Below, piece after piece: positions 32,208 to 41,452 of a stretch of DNA of 56,673 bases (position 1 is its first letter; each line of letters begins with the position of its first letter). The translations under genes and the position numbers were made by a program. The notes under the pieces were generated by a model. It worked only from the letters and a program-made list of their open reading frames with translations, was not told the origin of the DNA and searched no databases. This DNA is from a virus (Duplodnaviria; Caudoviricetes): positions 1 to 56,673 of the IMG/VR virus record IMGVR_UViG_3300036794_000060. The stretch is one strand, 5' to 3'.

Positions 32208-32258
32208 GGAGAGGGTGTGGTGTGTTCTGCCGCTCAGATTTGCTGTGAGACGTCGCAC

Positions 32259-32288
32259 TTGACTATCCGACGTCTGGCACGGTAGAGT
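32259..32288 (+). promoter_or_regulatory. Conserved phage promoter copy (SigA/HrdB type)
   Basis: TTGACT-N18-TAGAGT with TCCGACGTCTGGCACGG in the spacer; flanked by a 10-bp inverted repeat (32229-38/32288-97). Confidence 0.8.
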
Positions 32289-32335
32289 CTGAGCGGCTCA
32301 CAGACCACAAGGTCTCACCAGAAAGGAAAGATCAA

Positions 32336-33391
32336 ATGTCACGCGAAACCCTACAATGGCTCAACAACAACATCCTCGTTGGCAACACCGACAACCGCGG
32401 CAACGCCTGGTGGTACCGCGCATCAGAGAACAACGGCCGTAAAAACCACTTCCCCGGATTCGTCCCCGTGGAAGCCGTCCATGATCTATTCGACTTCAAC
32501 GTGTGCGAACGTCGCGTCGCGGTCGAAATTCCCGCCACCATGGACGACTTCACCCACATCGACGACGACGGCAACTTGTGGAAGTGGAGTCTCCAATTCG
32601 ACCGCAAAGCAATGGTCACCGACGACGACCACACCGTGTTGGGAATGTTCCGACCCGGCTATCAGGGACACGGCTACATCCCCTGGCTGGTGGATAACGT
32701 CGAATCGATCCTTGACCAAGATCTAGGTGTCTCCTCCGCGGGACTGCTCCGCAACCGCGCGGTTGCTTGGGTGGAAGTGTCCGTAGACGAGTCACTGTTC
32801 GGTATCGCGGACGTTCAGTTCCGGCCGAACCTGCTCGCCACCACGTCATTCGACGGAACCATCGCCACCACCTACAAGCGCACAATCCAGCTCACGGTGT
32901 GTGATAACACCCGTGAGATTGCGCTGGCCGAGGATGGCGCGACCCTGAAAGTTAAGCACTCCGCGAAGTCGCTGGGTCGCATGAGTGAGGCTCGCTCCGC
33001 GCTACAACTGGTGGAGCAGACCGCCGATGTGTTCCAAGCTGAACTAGAACGGGAAGTTACCACTAAGGTGACGCCAGTTCAGTTTAAGGAAGTGTTGAAC
33101 AGGATTGTTCCCATCGCCGAGGCTGGCCGTGGACGTACCACCGCGCTCAACAAGCAGGCCGAGATTATTCGTCTGTGGACGTCTGACCCACGTGTCGAAC
33201 CGTGGAAGGGTACCGCGTTCGGTGTCGCGCAAGCGTTCAACACGTGGCACCACCACATTCAGGGTGGGTTGTCCGTCAAGGGTGACAAGAACGCTCTGAG
33301 AGCTGAGCGGAACGCGTTCCGCGTCGTCCGCGGTGAGACCGCGAAGCTGGACGCCGAGGTACAGAAAGTGCTGGCTGACGTTCTCAAGTGA
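32336..33391 (+). CDS. DUF932-family phage/plasmid protein
   Basis: SAGLLRNRAVAWV, NLLATTSFDGT, TVCDNT, KVKHS, GTAFGVAQAFNTW motifs. Confidence 0.85.
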   Translation: MSRETLQWLNNNILVGNTDNRGNAWWYRASENNGRKNHFPGFVPVEAVHDLFDFNVCERRVAVEIPATMDDFTHIDDDGNLWKWSLQFDRKAMVTDDDHTVLGMFRPGYQGHGYIPWLVDNVESILDQDLGVSSAGLLRNRAVAWVEVSVDESLFGIADVQFRPNLLATTSFDGTIATTYKRTIQLTVCDNTREIALAEDGATLKVKHSAKSLGRMSEARSALQLVEQTADVFQAELEREVTTKVTPVQFKEVLNRIVPIAEAGRGRTTALNKQAEIIRLWTSDPRVEPWKGTAFGVAQAFNTWHHHIQGGLSVKGDKNALRAERNAFRVVRGETAKLDAEVQKVLADVLK

Positions 33392-33571
33392 TCTGGTTGA
33401 CCAGTGGTGGCGCATCCGCGGAGGGAAAGGCCGCGGATGTGTTGCCATGGCTTACCAGCCACGTAAGGAAACCAGGATGCAACCAGCGATACAGCACGAA
33501 TATGCGTCTCCGTCGCGTTTATCGTGTCGGCATTTTCGGCTGGCCAGTCATAGTGGGGTGACCATGCGCAT

Positions 33572-36377
33572 ATGACCACTGGAATCCCCGCCGAAGATAT
33601 GGTTAAAGCACTCACCATAGACGTAGAAGAATACGCACGTTGGGGAGCAGGAGAATGCTACGGCTACATTCTCGAACGTCAACCAGCCGATCCTCACCCG
33701 GATTGTCCCGCGCCACACTGCTCCGATGAATGGGAAGTGGTGGAGTCAGTGTGGGGACACATTGGTCTGGAGTACGCCGAGGAGACTGCGCGGGAAGCTC
33801 TCGCCGCGTGTGAGTAGTCCGGACGTCGAACGCAATGCCTACTCAAAGAAAGAAAAGGAAATGAATCATCTACAGCTCGCGTATTGGCGTGTCGTCTACC
33901 GACTCACCAGACGGAAGAGACAGATACAACGGAAAACACGTCGCACAACCCCTCCTGGCGCGTTGCCGTATCAGCGTCCCTGTCCGCATCGGCCGTATCA
34001 GTCGCTGCTTGATTTGGACGACTACGGCGGAGGGTGTGGGAAGTCCGGGTGATATGACCGAGGATCAGGGTTCTACCCTGGTCACTCGGCGGCCACCCGG
34101 CCGAAATTCGAGGAAGGGATTGATCATGAACACATGGCGAGGCTACGTCGGCCGTACTTCTGACGGTGACCGGCTCTGGCTAGAGATCGAACTGAGGGTT
34201 AAGTCTTCCCGCGGCTTCAAATCGATCACACACGACGAGATCGGCGACTACACCGAGCTATCGATCCAGGGGGGTGGCCTCTACAAGGGTCACCGCACCG
34301 GGAGAGACACCGACTTCGGTGGCCAATGTGTTGACTTTCTCCGCAACGTCACCCGACCGGAGAAAGGATTCACAGTCGCCGAACTACAGCGCATCGCGGA
34401 CGTGTGGGTACGGTGGCATCTGAACGGCATGCGCGCCGGGTGCGCTCACCAGTCGCCAGTGTTGGCGCCGGATAAGTATGGAAATGTCGTCCCGTCGTTG
34501 GAGCTGACCCCGGCATGTCCGGAGACCGGCTACAAGTATGGACACGCGTGGCTGGTCGAGTCGCTGCCGGCCGACATTGAGACCGAGGTTCGCGCGTTCG
34601 CTGACCGTCTGGACGGAACCTACGCTTGCTGATCATCCGGTTACTCGTCACGTCTCGCACGTGGCGAGCTCTGGACCATCAGATACCGGAGGAAAGGATC
34701 ATGAGGAAAAACTGGGAAGACGAGTCGTCGGAGCGTGAGCTCTGCGGCGCGCTCAAAGACGCGCTGCGACCAGCCGAAGGTGAGACGACCGTCGACTTTT
34801 GCCGACGTCTCATCGTCGCCGGTCGGTTCGGCGCGTGGGACGACGGCCAGGGAGAGATGCTGCTCGACACGTTCTCCGCGTCGGCCGTGGTCGCGGTACA
34901 CGACGGACTGTCGGAAGCGGCGCGGCCTAAGCTGTTGGCGATGCCAATGGTCAAGGCGGTCGACGTGTGTTTCAACGTGATCAACAAAGCGAGAGGGAAG
35001 TGATGGGAGCCACCACCGTCATGTGCCAAGACTGTACAGGGTCCGGGAAGGACTACGTCAAACGTCAACTAGTCATTGACGGCGTGTCCACCACCAAAAC
35101 CGTGATCGAAGACTGTAAACGCTGCGGAGGGTCCGGCCGTGTGGTTGAGAACGAGAACCCCCCGAAGGATGGACGCTACAGGTAGGATGCCGGGATGGAC
35201 ACCACACGCGCGATACCCACCGGGATGCGGACCGAGTGTCACCGATGCAACGGTACCGGCGACATCGGCCGCCTCACCGCGGGAGCCGACCGCGACTACC
35301 TCATCACCATGATCACAATCCGAGAGTGTCCGACCTGCAAGGGAGTCGGCTGGATCAAAGGGTTTGTTCCGCCAGTGTAGTACCGGTTCGCAAGGTGAGG
35401 CCGTCTCGCTCGATGTGAGACGGCCTTCTCTATGGGAAAGGAAAGGCATGACAGCGTTCAAAGTCACCGTCACGATCAGCAACCAGGACTTTATCCATCT
35501 ATCAACTAGCAGAATGGGATGGTCCGCGCACAACTGGCGCGACCACCCATTCGAGACGTACGATCATGCGGGTGAGATCAACTGGGGATTCAAGTACGCC
35601 TACTTTTTCGACACAGCAGCGAACCTGATCCTAGCGCGGTCCTACCTTGAAGCGCTCGAACCTGAACATCAGGTGTTGTCAAACGAGAGTGTCAACGGTG
35701 GTTGGGTGATCATCACCGACTACGACTACAACGAGGAAAAGTAGATGACCCCCATGACACGCGCGCAAGCAGACTATCTGCTTGTTCTATGCAATAAGGT
35801 GAGCGGGGAAAGTTACGGCTACCTCGGTCCACATCGTGAGCTACTCGGCATCTCGTCGACTGGGATGCAGCGCATCACCAAGGGTCAAGCGTCTGCATTG
35901 ATCGACAAAATGAAGGCGCAAGCGGATGAAGTGTCATGAATGCGGCCGAGTGGAGTAACCGCTTAGACGATGAGCTGGCCACGTTCGTCGATGCGGGGGA
36001 GCAGGTGAGTCACGCCTACGCGAACGGCTCAGCGGCCGGCGTCTTAATTGACCTCTCAGCCGACGACGACTACGGCCGACGACTGTCCTCCTGGGACGGC
36101 AAAATGGGTGTCCGATTCAACGAACAGAAAGGTTGGTGCAAGCATGCTGGAGTGTATGAACGGTCCAGAAGGGTGTGAGGGTCCGACCGAGTATCGGATG
36201 GCTCTCTCGGCGACCGGGATTTCTTACCCGCGTTGTGAGGGTCACTGGGAGGAGCGGCTGCGGACTGAGGAGCGGCTCCGCCAGGACTACCCGGACTCGC
36301 CGACCCCTCCGAACTGGTTTGGTCCCACATATCCGGGTGGGATGAACGAGTGGGGAGAGCATTGGGACGAATATTGA
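33572..36377 (+). other. Further small hypothetical genes, including two DnaJ-like CxxCxGxG proteins
   Basis: ORFs 33572-33817, 33861-34052, 34126-34632, 34701-35003, 35003-35185 (CQDCTGSG..CKRCGGSG), 35195-35380 (CHRCNGTG..CPTCKGVG), 35448-35744, 35745-35939, 36144-36377. Confidence 0.7.
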
Positions 36378-36414
36378 TTTCGGGAGATAATCCGGAATCG
36401 TTACCTGTGTCCCC

Positions 36415-36444
36415 TAGACTGTCCGACGTCTGACACGGTAGCCT
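36415..36444 (+). promoter_or_regulatory. Conserved phage promoter copy
   Basis: TAGACT-N18-TAGCCT with TCCGACGTCTGACACGG. Confidence 0.75.
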
Positions 36445-36523
36445 GATCGTTGCGTCATCACCCCCACCTTCGAGTGGGGATGGTGACAGAGTGATCAGCT
36501 CTACACAAAGAAAGGAGTGAACA

Positions 36524-37612
36524 GTGAAGCAACTCACCGAAGATCAACTACTGGCCAACGAAGTCGAACAAGTCTTTCGGCAATTCATGCACATGCCGAA
36601 CGACCACAGTCACACCGTGTCCGTACTCTGGGTAATGCACACCCACCTACGAGACTCCGCCGGGAAATTCCTCCCCTACATCACCCCACGACTGTACTTC
36701 GGGTCACGGGAACCAGGCTGCGGAAAATCCCTAGCCACCGAACTCACCACAAAAATGTCCCACAACGGCGAAATCGTGTTGGAACCCACCCCGCCATCCA
36801 TGGTCACCATGATGAACCAAGACATGGCCACCCTAGGATTCGACGAAATCGACACCTACTTCGGTAGAGGTCGCGGTCGGGACGCCATGCGCGCCATTCT
36901 GAACGGCGGCTACAAATACGGTGCGAAAGTCACCCGGCAACGGTCCGACGAAACCGACCGGTTGAACTGTCACGGACCTATCTGTCTAAACGGGAAGAAC
37001 GCGAACCTGTTCTTGACCCACGACAACTTCGACACCCTCCGATCGCGGTCTATCTGCATCATCCTCGACCAGAAACCCGTGGACTCATGGGTGGACAGAT
37101 TCAACCCAGAGTTACATGACGGTCGACTGTTCGGGTTGATGAAGCGACTGAAGAAGTGGGGGTTAGTGAACAGCCGAGTCATCACTTCCATCCCGGTGGA
37201 TGGGTTGATGCCGAAGCGGATCGCTAACCGCGCCGAGGAAATTTGGACCGTTTTGTTCAGGATCGCCGATCACCTCGGCGACACGTGGCCGGCGAGGTGT
37301 GAGTCCGCGGCGAAAGCGTTCGTGTTGGGGGAGTGGGAAGACGACACCCCATGTGTGTCTCCCGCGGAGGAACTCCTCAACTGTGTCCGCAACTGCTTCA
37401 ACGGCGAAACGTTCCTCTCCACCGGGGAGATTCTCAACCGTCTAGAGAAGCTCGAAGACGAAGACAAACCTTCCATCATGCGCGAGTGGGGGAACGAGAA
37501 AGCGGCCTCGATGGGACTCTCAAACACGCTCAGTGTGTTCGGAGTGGAAAAGGTCCGGATGCGCCAGGGGTCCACCGCCGACCGCGGCTACACCCTCGAC
37601 TCGATCTCCTAA
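36524..37612 (+). CDS. DUF3631-type P-loop ATPase (helicase-like domain usually linked to primases)
   Basis: LWVMHTH, TPRL..S.EPGCGKS (Walker A), FDEIDTYF (Walker B), ILNGGYK, TLRSRSI, NRAEEIW. Confidence 0.8.
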   Translation: MKQLTEDQLLANEVEQVFRQFMHMPNDHSHTVSVLWVMHTHLRDSAGKFLPYITPRLYFGSREPGCGKSLATELTTKMSHNGEIVLEPTPPSMVTMMNQDMATLGFDEIDTYFGRGRGRDAMRAILNGGYKYGAKVTRQRSDETDRLNCHGPICLNGKNANLFLTHDNFDTLRSRSICIILDQKPVDSWVDRFNPELHDGRLFGLMKRLKKWGLVNSRVITSIPVDGLMPKRIANRAEEIWTVLFRIADHLGDTWPARCESAAKAFVLGEWEDDTPCVSPAEELLNCVRNCFNGETFLSTGEILNRLEKLEDEDKPSIMREWGNEKAASMGLSNTLSVFGVEKVRMRQGSTADRGYTLDSIS

Positions 37613-37667
37613 ACCAACCGTACCAACCTCCTGCACGTGTACCAACCTGATGCGCGTGTACCAACCT
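37613..37667 (+). repeat. Iteron-like direct repeats GTACCAACCT x3, 19-bp period
   Basis: Copies at 37620, 37639, 37658, right after the DUF3631 stop codon. Confidence 0.85.
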
Positions 37668-37678
37668 AAGGAGCATCG

Positions 37679-37921
37679 ATGAAAGAACGCACACGATGGG
37701 GAAGGGTCGACCAGACAGGGAAAATCACGCTCTGCCAGGTCGACCCACCCCGCAGCGAGATCGCGGCGCACCCGGAACTGTACGTGTGTCAAATGGTGCG
37801 CATCTATCCGTGGGTGGTCCCGCTCACTAACCGTGAGCAGGCGGGGAGACCGCGCTGTCACCACGGCGTCAAACTCGGCCAGTCATGTCCACTCTGCCGC
37901 AAGGAGGAATCATGTCCCTAG
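37679..37921 (+). CDS. Hypothetical protein
   Basis: AAGGAG RBS; 80 aa; C-terminal CHHG...CPLC. Confidence 0.6.
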   Translation: MKERTRWGRVDQTGKITLCQVDPPRSEIAAHPELYVCQMVRIYPWVVPLTNREQAGRPRCHHGVKLGQSCPLCRKEESCP

Positions 37922-38502
37922 AAACTGGACGTCTCCCGGCCATCTTCGGATACGCCAGATGCTCCACCAAGGAGCAGAACCTCGGGGACCAGATACGTCG
38001 GCTACACGCCGCCGGGTGTGTGTATGTTTTCAAAGACGAAGGTGTCTCCGGGATGAAGGCGTCCCGACCGGACTGGGATAGGTGTTTGGCGCATTTGGTC
38101 CCCGGCGATGTTTTGAAGGTCACCAAACTGGACCGTGCCGGTAGGTCGTTGCGTCACCTGTTGGAGCTGGTGGATGATCTGAACGAGAAAGGGGTGGGGT
38201 TTGCCACGCTCGATCAGCAGTTCGACACCACATCGGCGTCCGGGAAGATGATCTTCACGGTGATTGCGGCGTTCGCCGAATTCGAGAAAGCACTCAACCT
38301 CGAACGAACAATGGAAGGACTCCACACCGCATGGTCCAACGGTAAAAAGTCCGGTCAACCACCCAAGCTGACCCCGGAGAAAGAACAGTCCGTCCCGATC
38401 CTGTTCCGGGGTGGCCAGACGATCACCGCGATCGCACGATCGTTGGATGTTCACCAGGCCACCATCTACCGGACCCTACGGAAATTGGGAATCGAATACT
38501 AG
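37912..38502 (+). CDS. Small serine recombinase (resolvase/invertase) with C-terminal HTH
   Basis: GYARCST catalytic Ser, SRPDW, GDVLKVTKLDRAGRS, AFAEFEK..ERT.EGL, HTH ATIYR. Confidence 0.95.
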   Translation: MSLETGRLPAIFGYARCSTKEQNLGDQIRRLHAAGCVYVFKDEGVSGMKASRPDWDRCLAHLVPGDVLKVTKLDRAGRSLRHLLELVDDLNEKGVGFATLDQQFDTTSASGKMIFTVIAAFAEFEKALNLERTMEGLHTAWSNGKKSGQPPKLTPEKEQSVPILFRGGQTITAIARSLDVHQATIYRTLRKLGIEY

Positions 38503-38990
38503 ACGTGGGAGTCGAGCTCCGAGAGGTCGACTCCCGCATTCTTAGCCTTCGCCGCCATCTCAGCGTTTAGACGTTCGATGGCCGCGGCCACAGTGTCCTT
38601 TGTGAGAACTGTGATTTCTTTCTTCTCCGGCCGATCTAGACCCATCAGTTTCGCGCGGCGCTCGGAAAGTTTATTCCACACCTCCGCGGCGCGCACCACA
38701 CGATCCCCACCTGAAGCAATGTGATCCTCAAGTGCTCTCGCGGTTTTTTCGATGCGGTCTAGTTCGAGGTTTCGCATATCTTCGACGTCGTCACGTGGAT
38801 ACGCTCGGAGGACAGCGAGGAAGCGGTCGTGAGCGTGACCCGGTGATGCGTATCCGAGTGTTTCGGCGATGGTGTTCCAGTCGATTTCGGCTTTGCGCAT
38901 TTCTACGCATTTAATGTCGCGTTCCCACCGCATGATGTTGCCGGGGGATGAGTTTTTTCGTGGACGGCGGGTGCCTTTGGGTACTGGCAT
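38499..38990 (-). CDS. Terminase small subunit-like HTH protein
   Basis: N-terminal HTH (WNTIAETLGYAS), ELDRIE, and RRAKLMGLD.P motif commonly seen just upstream of terL. Confidence 0.65.
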   Translation of the reverse strand: MPVPKGTRRPRKNSSPGNIMRWERDIKCVEMRKAEIDWNTIAETLGYASPGHAHDRFLAVLRAYPRDDVEDMRNLELDRIEKTARALEDHIASGGDRVVRAAEVWNKLSERRAKLMGLDRPEKKEITVLTKDTVAAAIERLNAEMAAKAKNAGVDLSELDSHV

Positions 38991-39084
38991 TGTGAATCAC
39001 CTTGAACAAACATGAACAAATAAGTTACAGAATGGTTACAAAAAATGAAACGTCCGGTAACGCACCGGCGTGTGTGGAAGGGAG

Positions 39085-39366
39085 ATGGAAATGGAAGGAA
39101 CGTCGCGGTACCGTCTCAGGCTCGTCGCAGAGGAGGCCGCCAAGGTGAAGAGTGGTCAGACCAAACCCCAAACGAGCATCGACGACCTCGATTACGCGTT
39201 GGAGGTCATAAGTTGGGGGAAAGACGGGAACGTACCCGTTGGGATGATTAACGGGACACCCGTTCGCCTCTGCTACGCGGAAGACAGCGGAGAGGAAAAC
39301 GGCAGGTCAGAGGGGTGGTGCTACAAGGCCAGAGGCCACAGTGGACAGTGCTATTTCCACCTCTGA
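39085..39366 (+). CDS. Hypothetical protein
   Basis: ORF with GGAAGGGAG RBS; followed by a hairpin at 39375-39408. Confidence 0.55.
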   Translation: MEMEGTSRYRLRLVAEEAAKVKSGQTKPQTSIDDLDYALEVISWGKDGNVPVGMINGTPVRLCYAEDSGEENGRSEGWCYKARGHSGQCYFHL

Positions 39367-39871
39367 GACGGGGGGCCAGCCGGATCGGCGCGTGACTGAC
39401 CCGGCTGGCATCCGTTACTTTACTCCGAACAGACCGTGAACTCAGGTTTTAAACCTATCGGTGCTAGGCCGATTGGGTGGTTTTTGCTGACCTCGGAGCG
39501 CTAAAGAGGAGCCTCTTTTGAGATTGTCAGACGAAATCAATGGTCCAGGGACTCGAATGAGTATGTGTGAACCCTGTGACCTACCTGTGAAAAAAGACGT
39601 GTTTCGACAGCCGCAACACGCCGGTTAGCGTTACCTGAACGCCGACTGAGATTTTTGTATGGTTCACTAATCGTCTAGTGTGACTGGCGAGACCTCTGGG
39701 GGGTTCGTCGCGTGCTCATGCGCACGTTATCTGAGATCCGCTCTCAGCATAGCACCCTCCTTGCGGTCCTGTCACCACATCCTCCGTAACAGCCGTAACA
39801 CCGGCCGCAGCGGGGAACTACCGCCGCAGCCACCACCATACATCACTGAGGACAGTAGGAGAGCTACCGTC

Positions 39872-40174
39872 ATGCCAACGAACGGCGAAGACGACCCCAA
39901 CGGTGAAAACCTCGACACCCCACCCGAATCCGATGACCCGCCGCGACAGTCCACTGGTGATCTTACTCCCGACGCGGAGCTGTTGACCGTCGACGAAGTC
40001 GCCGCATCACTCCGCGTGTCCAAGATGACGATCTACCGCATGATCAACAACGGCGTCCTCGACCACCTCCGCATCGGACGATCCGTCCGCATCCTGAAAG
40101 GAGCACTCACCCGCCAACTAGAACTCACCCGGCAGCTAGAACTCACCCGCAACCACGAACACACCTGCGACTGA
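39872..40174 (+). CDS. Excisionase-family (MerR-like HTH) DNA-binding protein
   Basis: LLTVDEVAASLRVSKMTIYRMINNG.L...RIGRSVRI; C-terminal LTRQLE tandem duplication. Confidence 0.9.
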   Translation: MPTNGEDDPNGENLDTPPESDDPPRQSTGDLTPDAELLTVDEVAASLRVSKMTIYRMINNGVLDHLRIGRSVRILKGALTRQLELTRQLELTRNHEHTCD

Positions 40175-40266
40175 CAGGCGGAGCCGGACCCGCGCGTGAG
40201 GTCCGGCTCCCCTCGCGGGAGCCACACCAAACTTACACGACCGTAAAAAATGGGGAGAAAGCAAGC

Positions 40267-40491
40267 ATGACGTTCGCGCTAGACCCATCCGTAAAAAGGG
40301 ACATCGACGCGCTGGCCAGGAAACTCGAACCCGTCGTCACCACCATGCGGGAACGGTACGTTCACCAGTCGAAACGATGGCGAGACACCGACGAAGGCAC
40401 CGAAGTCTGGTTTTGGATCGAAGAGCTAGACGCACTACAGCAAGACCTACACCGGAAACGCAGCGGGATACCCTTGGGGTTGCCGCAATGA
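40267..40491 (+). CDS. Hypothetical protein
   Basis: 74-aa ORF coupled by ATGA to the next gene. Confidence 0.6.
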   Translation: MTFALDPSVKRDIDALARKLEPVVTTMRERYVHQSKRWRDTDEGTEVWFWIEELDALQQDLHRKRSGIPLGLPQ

Positions 40492-40871
40492 TCTGGACAG
40501 CACAGTTGATCAAAGCCGCCAGAGAAGAACGCGGCCTCACCCGAGCGCAGCTGGCGGAACTCCTCGGCACCAACACCCGCCGCATCATCGCCATCGAAAG
40601 CGGCGACGACACCGCGGACGTGTTCACCGCACGACTCACCCAAGTGTTCACCGAACACTGTCGAGACTGCGGAGCCGTCGGCTGCGAATACTGCGAACCC
40701 GCGCACTACCTCACCCAAGACATGCGATACATCGCCGAAGACGCAGAGTCGCTCTCCGACGTCGCCGAACGAGTGTTCGGATGGGTCGAAGAACACCTAT
40801 CCGAGGGGTGGGAACTACTCCAGCCACTCAACGACGGCTACCTACATCTCGTCCGGGGGTTACACGCATGA
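40488..40871 (+). CDS. XRE-family HTH protein with Cys cluster
   Basis: IKAAREERGLTRAQLAELLGTNTRRIIAIESG; CRDCG..GCEYC. Confidence 0.8.
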   Translation: MIWTAQLIKAAREERGLTRAQLAELLGTNTRRIIAIESGDDTADVFTARLTQVFTEHCRDCGAVGCEYCEPAHYLTQDMRYIAEDAESLSDVAERVFGWVEEHLSEGWELLQPLNDGYLHLVRGLHA

Positions 40872-41452
40872 AAAATCCGATGAAGTGGGACCGGCGGCAC
40901 CTTCAAGTCTGGACTGAAAACGTCACGGAACGCCTCGAAACCGGCGGGGTGATGACCGCGGAACTCCATCACTGCGGACCCCAACGCCAGGAGTGGCGAT
41001 TCGAGATCGATCAGGTGGAAACGATGACAACCGAGGAACGAATCTACTACGTCAAGTGTCACGACTGCTCGCAGAATGCGGAGTTCCGCGACGAAGTCAC
41101 CGCCGCGATCTGGTCCGGCGATCACCTGGTGCGGTATCGGGGACACTCGATCCAGATGGACTCGTTGGCGCTGGTCCACACCATCGAAAACGTCGTCGAC
41201 CGGGAACATGACACCGTGGTTGCCGATCTGACGGTCCGCGGGGTCGGGGAGGCATCTGTGGTGGGGTGCGGCTCGGAGTGGCGTCTCGTGGACGATGACG
41301 GGCACTTGTACGCGTATTTCTTTCAGCACCCGGAGGACCCGGAGTTGTGGATGGCGACACCGTTGAGGTTGGGGAAGATTCTACCGGTGGTGAAGGGTTC
41401 CCGGGAGAAGATCATGAACGATCTTGCGGATTGGTCGAAAGAACGATGCTAG
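40868..41452 (+). CDS. Hypothetical protein
   Basis: ATGA-coupled 194-aa ORF. Confidence 0.6.
   Translation: MKNPMKWDRRHLQVWTENVTERLETGGVMTAELHHCGPQRQEWRFEIDQVETMTTEERIYYVKCHDCSQNAEFRDEVTAAIWSGDHLVRYRGHSIQMDSLALVHTIENVVDREHDTVVADLTVRGVGEASVVGCGSEWRLVDDDGHLYAYFFQHPEDPELWMATPLRLGKILPVVKGSREKIMNDLADWSKERC

Larger units (their letters stand above)
28023..35430 (+). repeat. Dispersed intergenic long hairpins (families A, B and singletons)
   Basis: A: 29343-29405, 31672-31731, 33392-33460, 34044-34105 (related 28023-28081, 34637-34690); B: 29632-29693, 30028-30098, 30930-30996; others near 28650, 29083, 30522, 31275, 35397. Confidence 0.85.

Noticed and set aside
28023-35430. Canonical integron with attC sites
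   Set aside because: The hairpins lack consistent RYYYAAC/GTTRRRY boxes and no IntI tyrosine recombinase is in the window; only the analogy is kept
19368-38502. Invertase-controlled invertible segment
   Set aside because: No matching inverted recombination sites found by eye at the two boundaries
37912-38502. Prophage integrase
   Set aside because: Only 196 aa; lacks the recombinase and zinc-ribbon domains of large serine integrases
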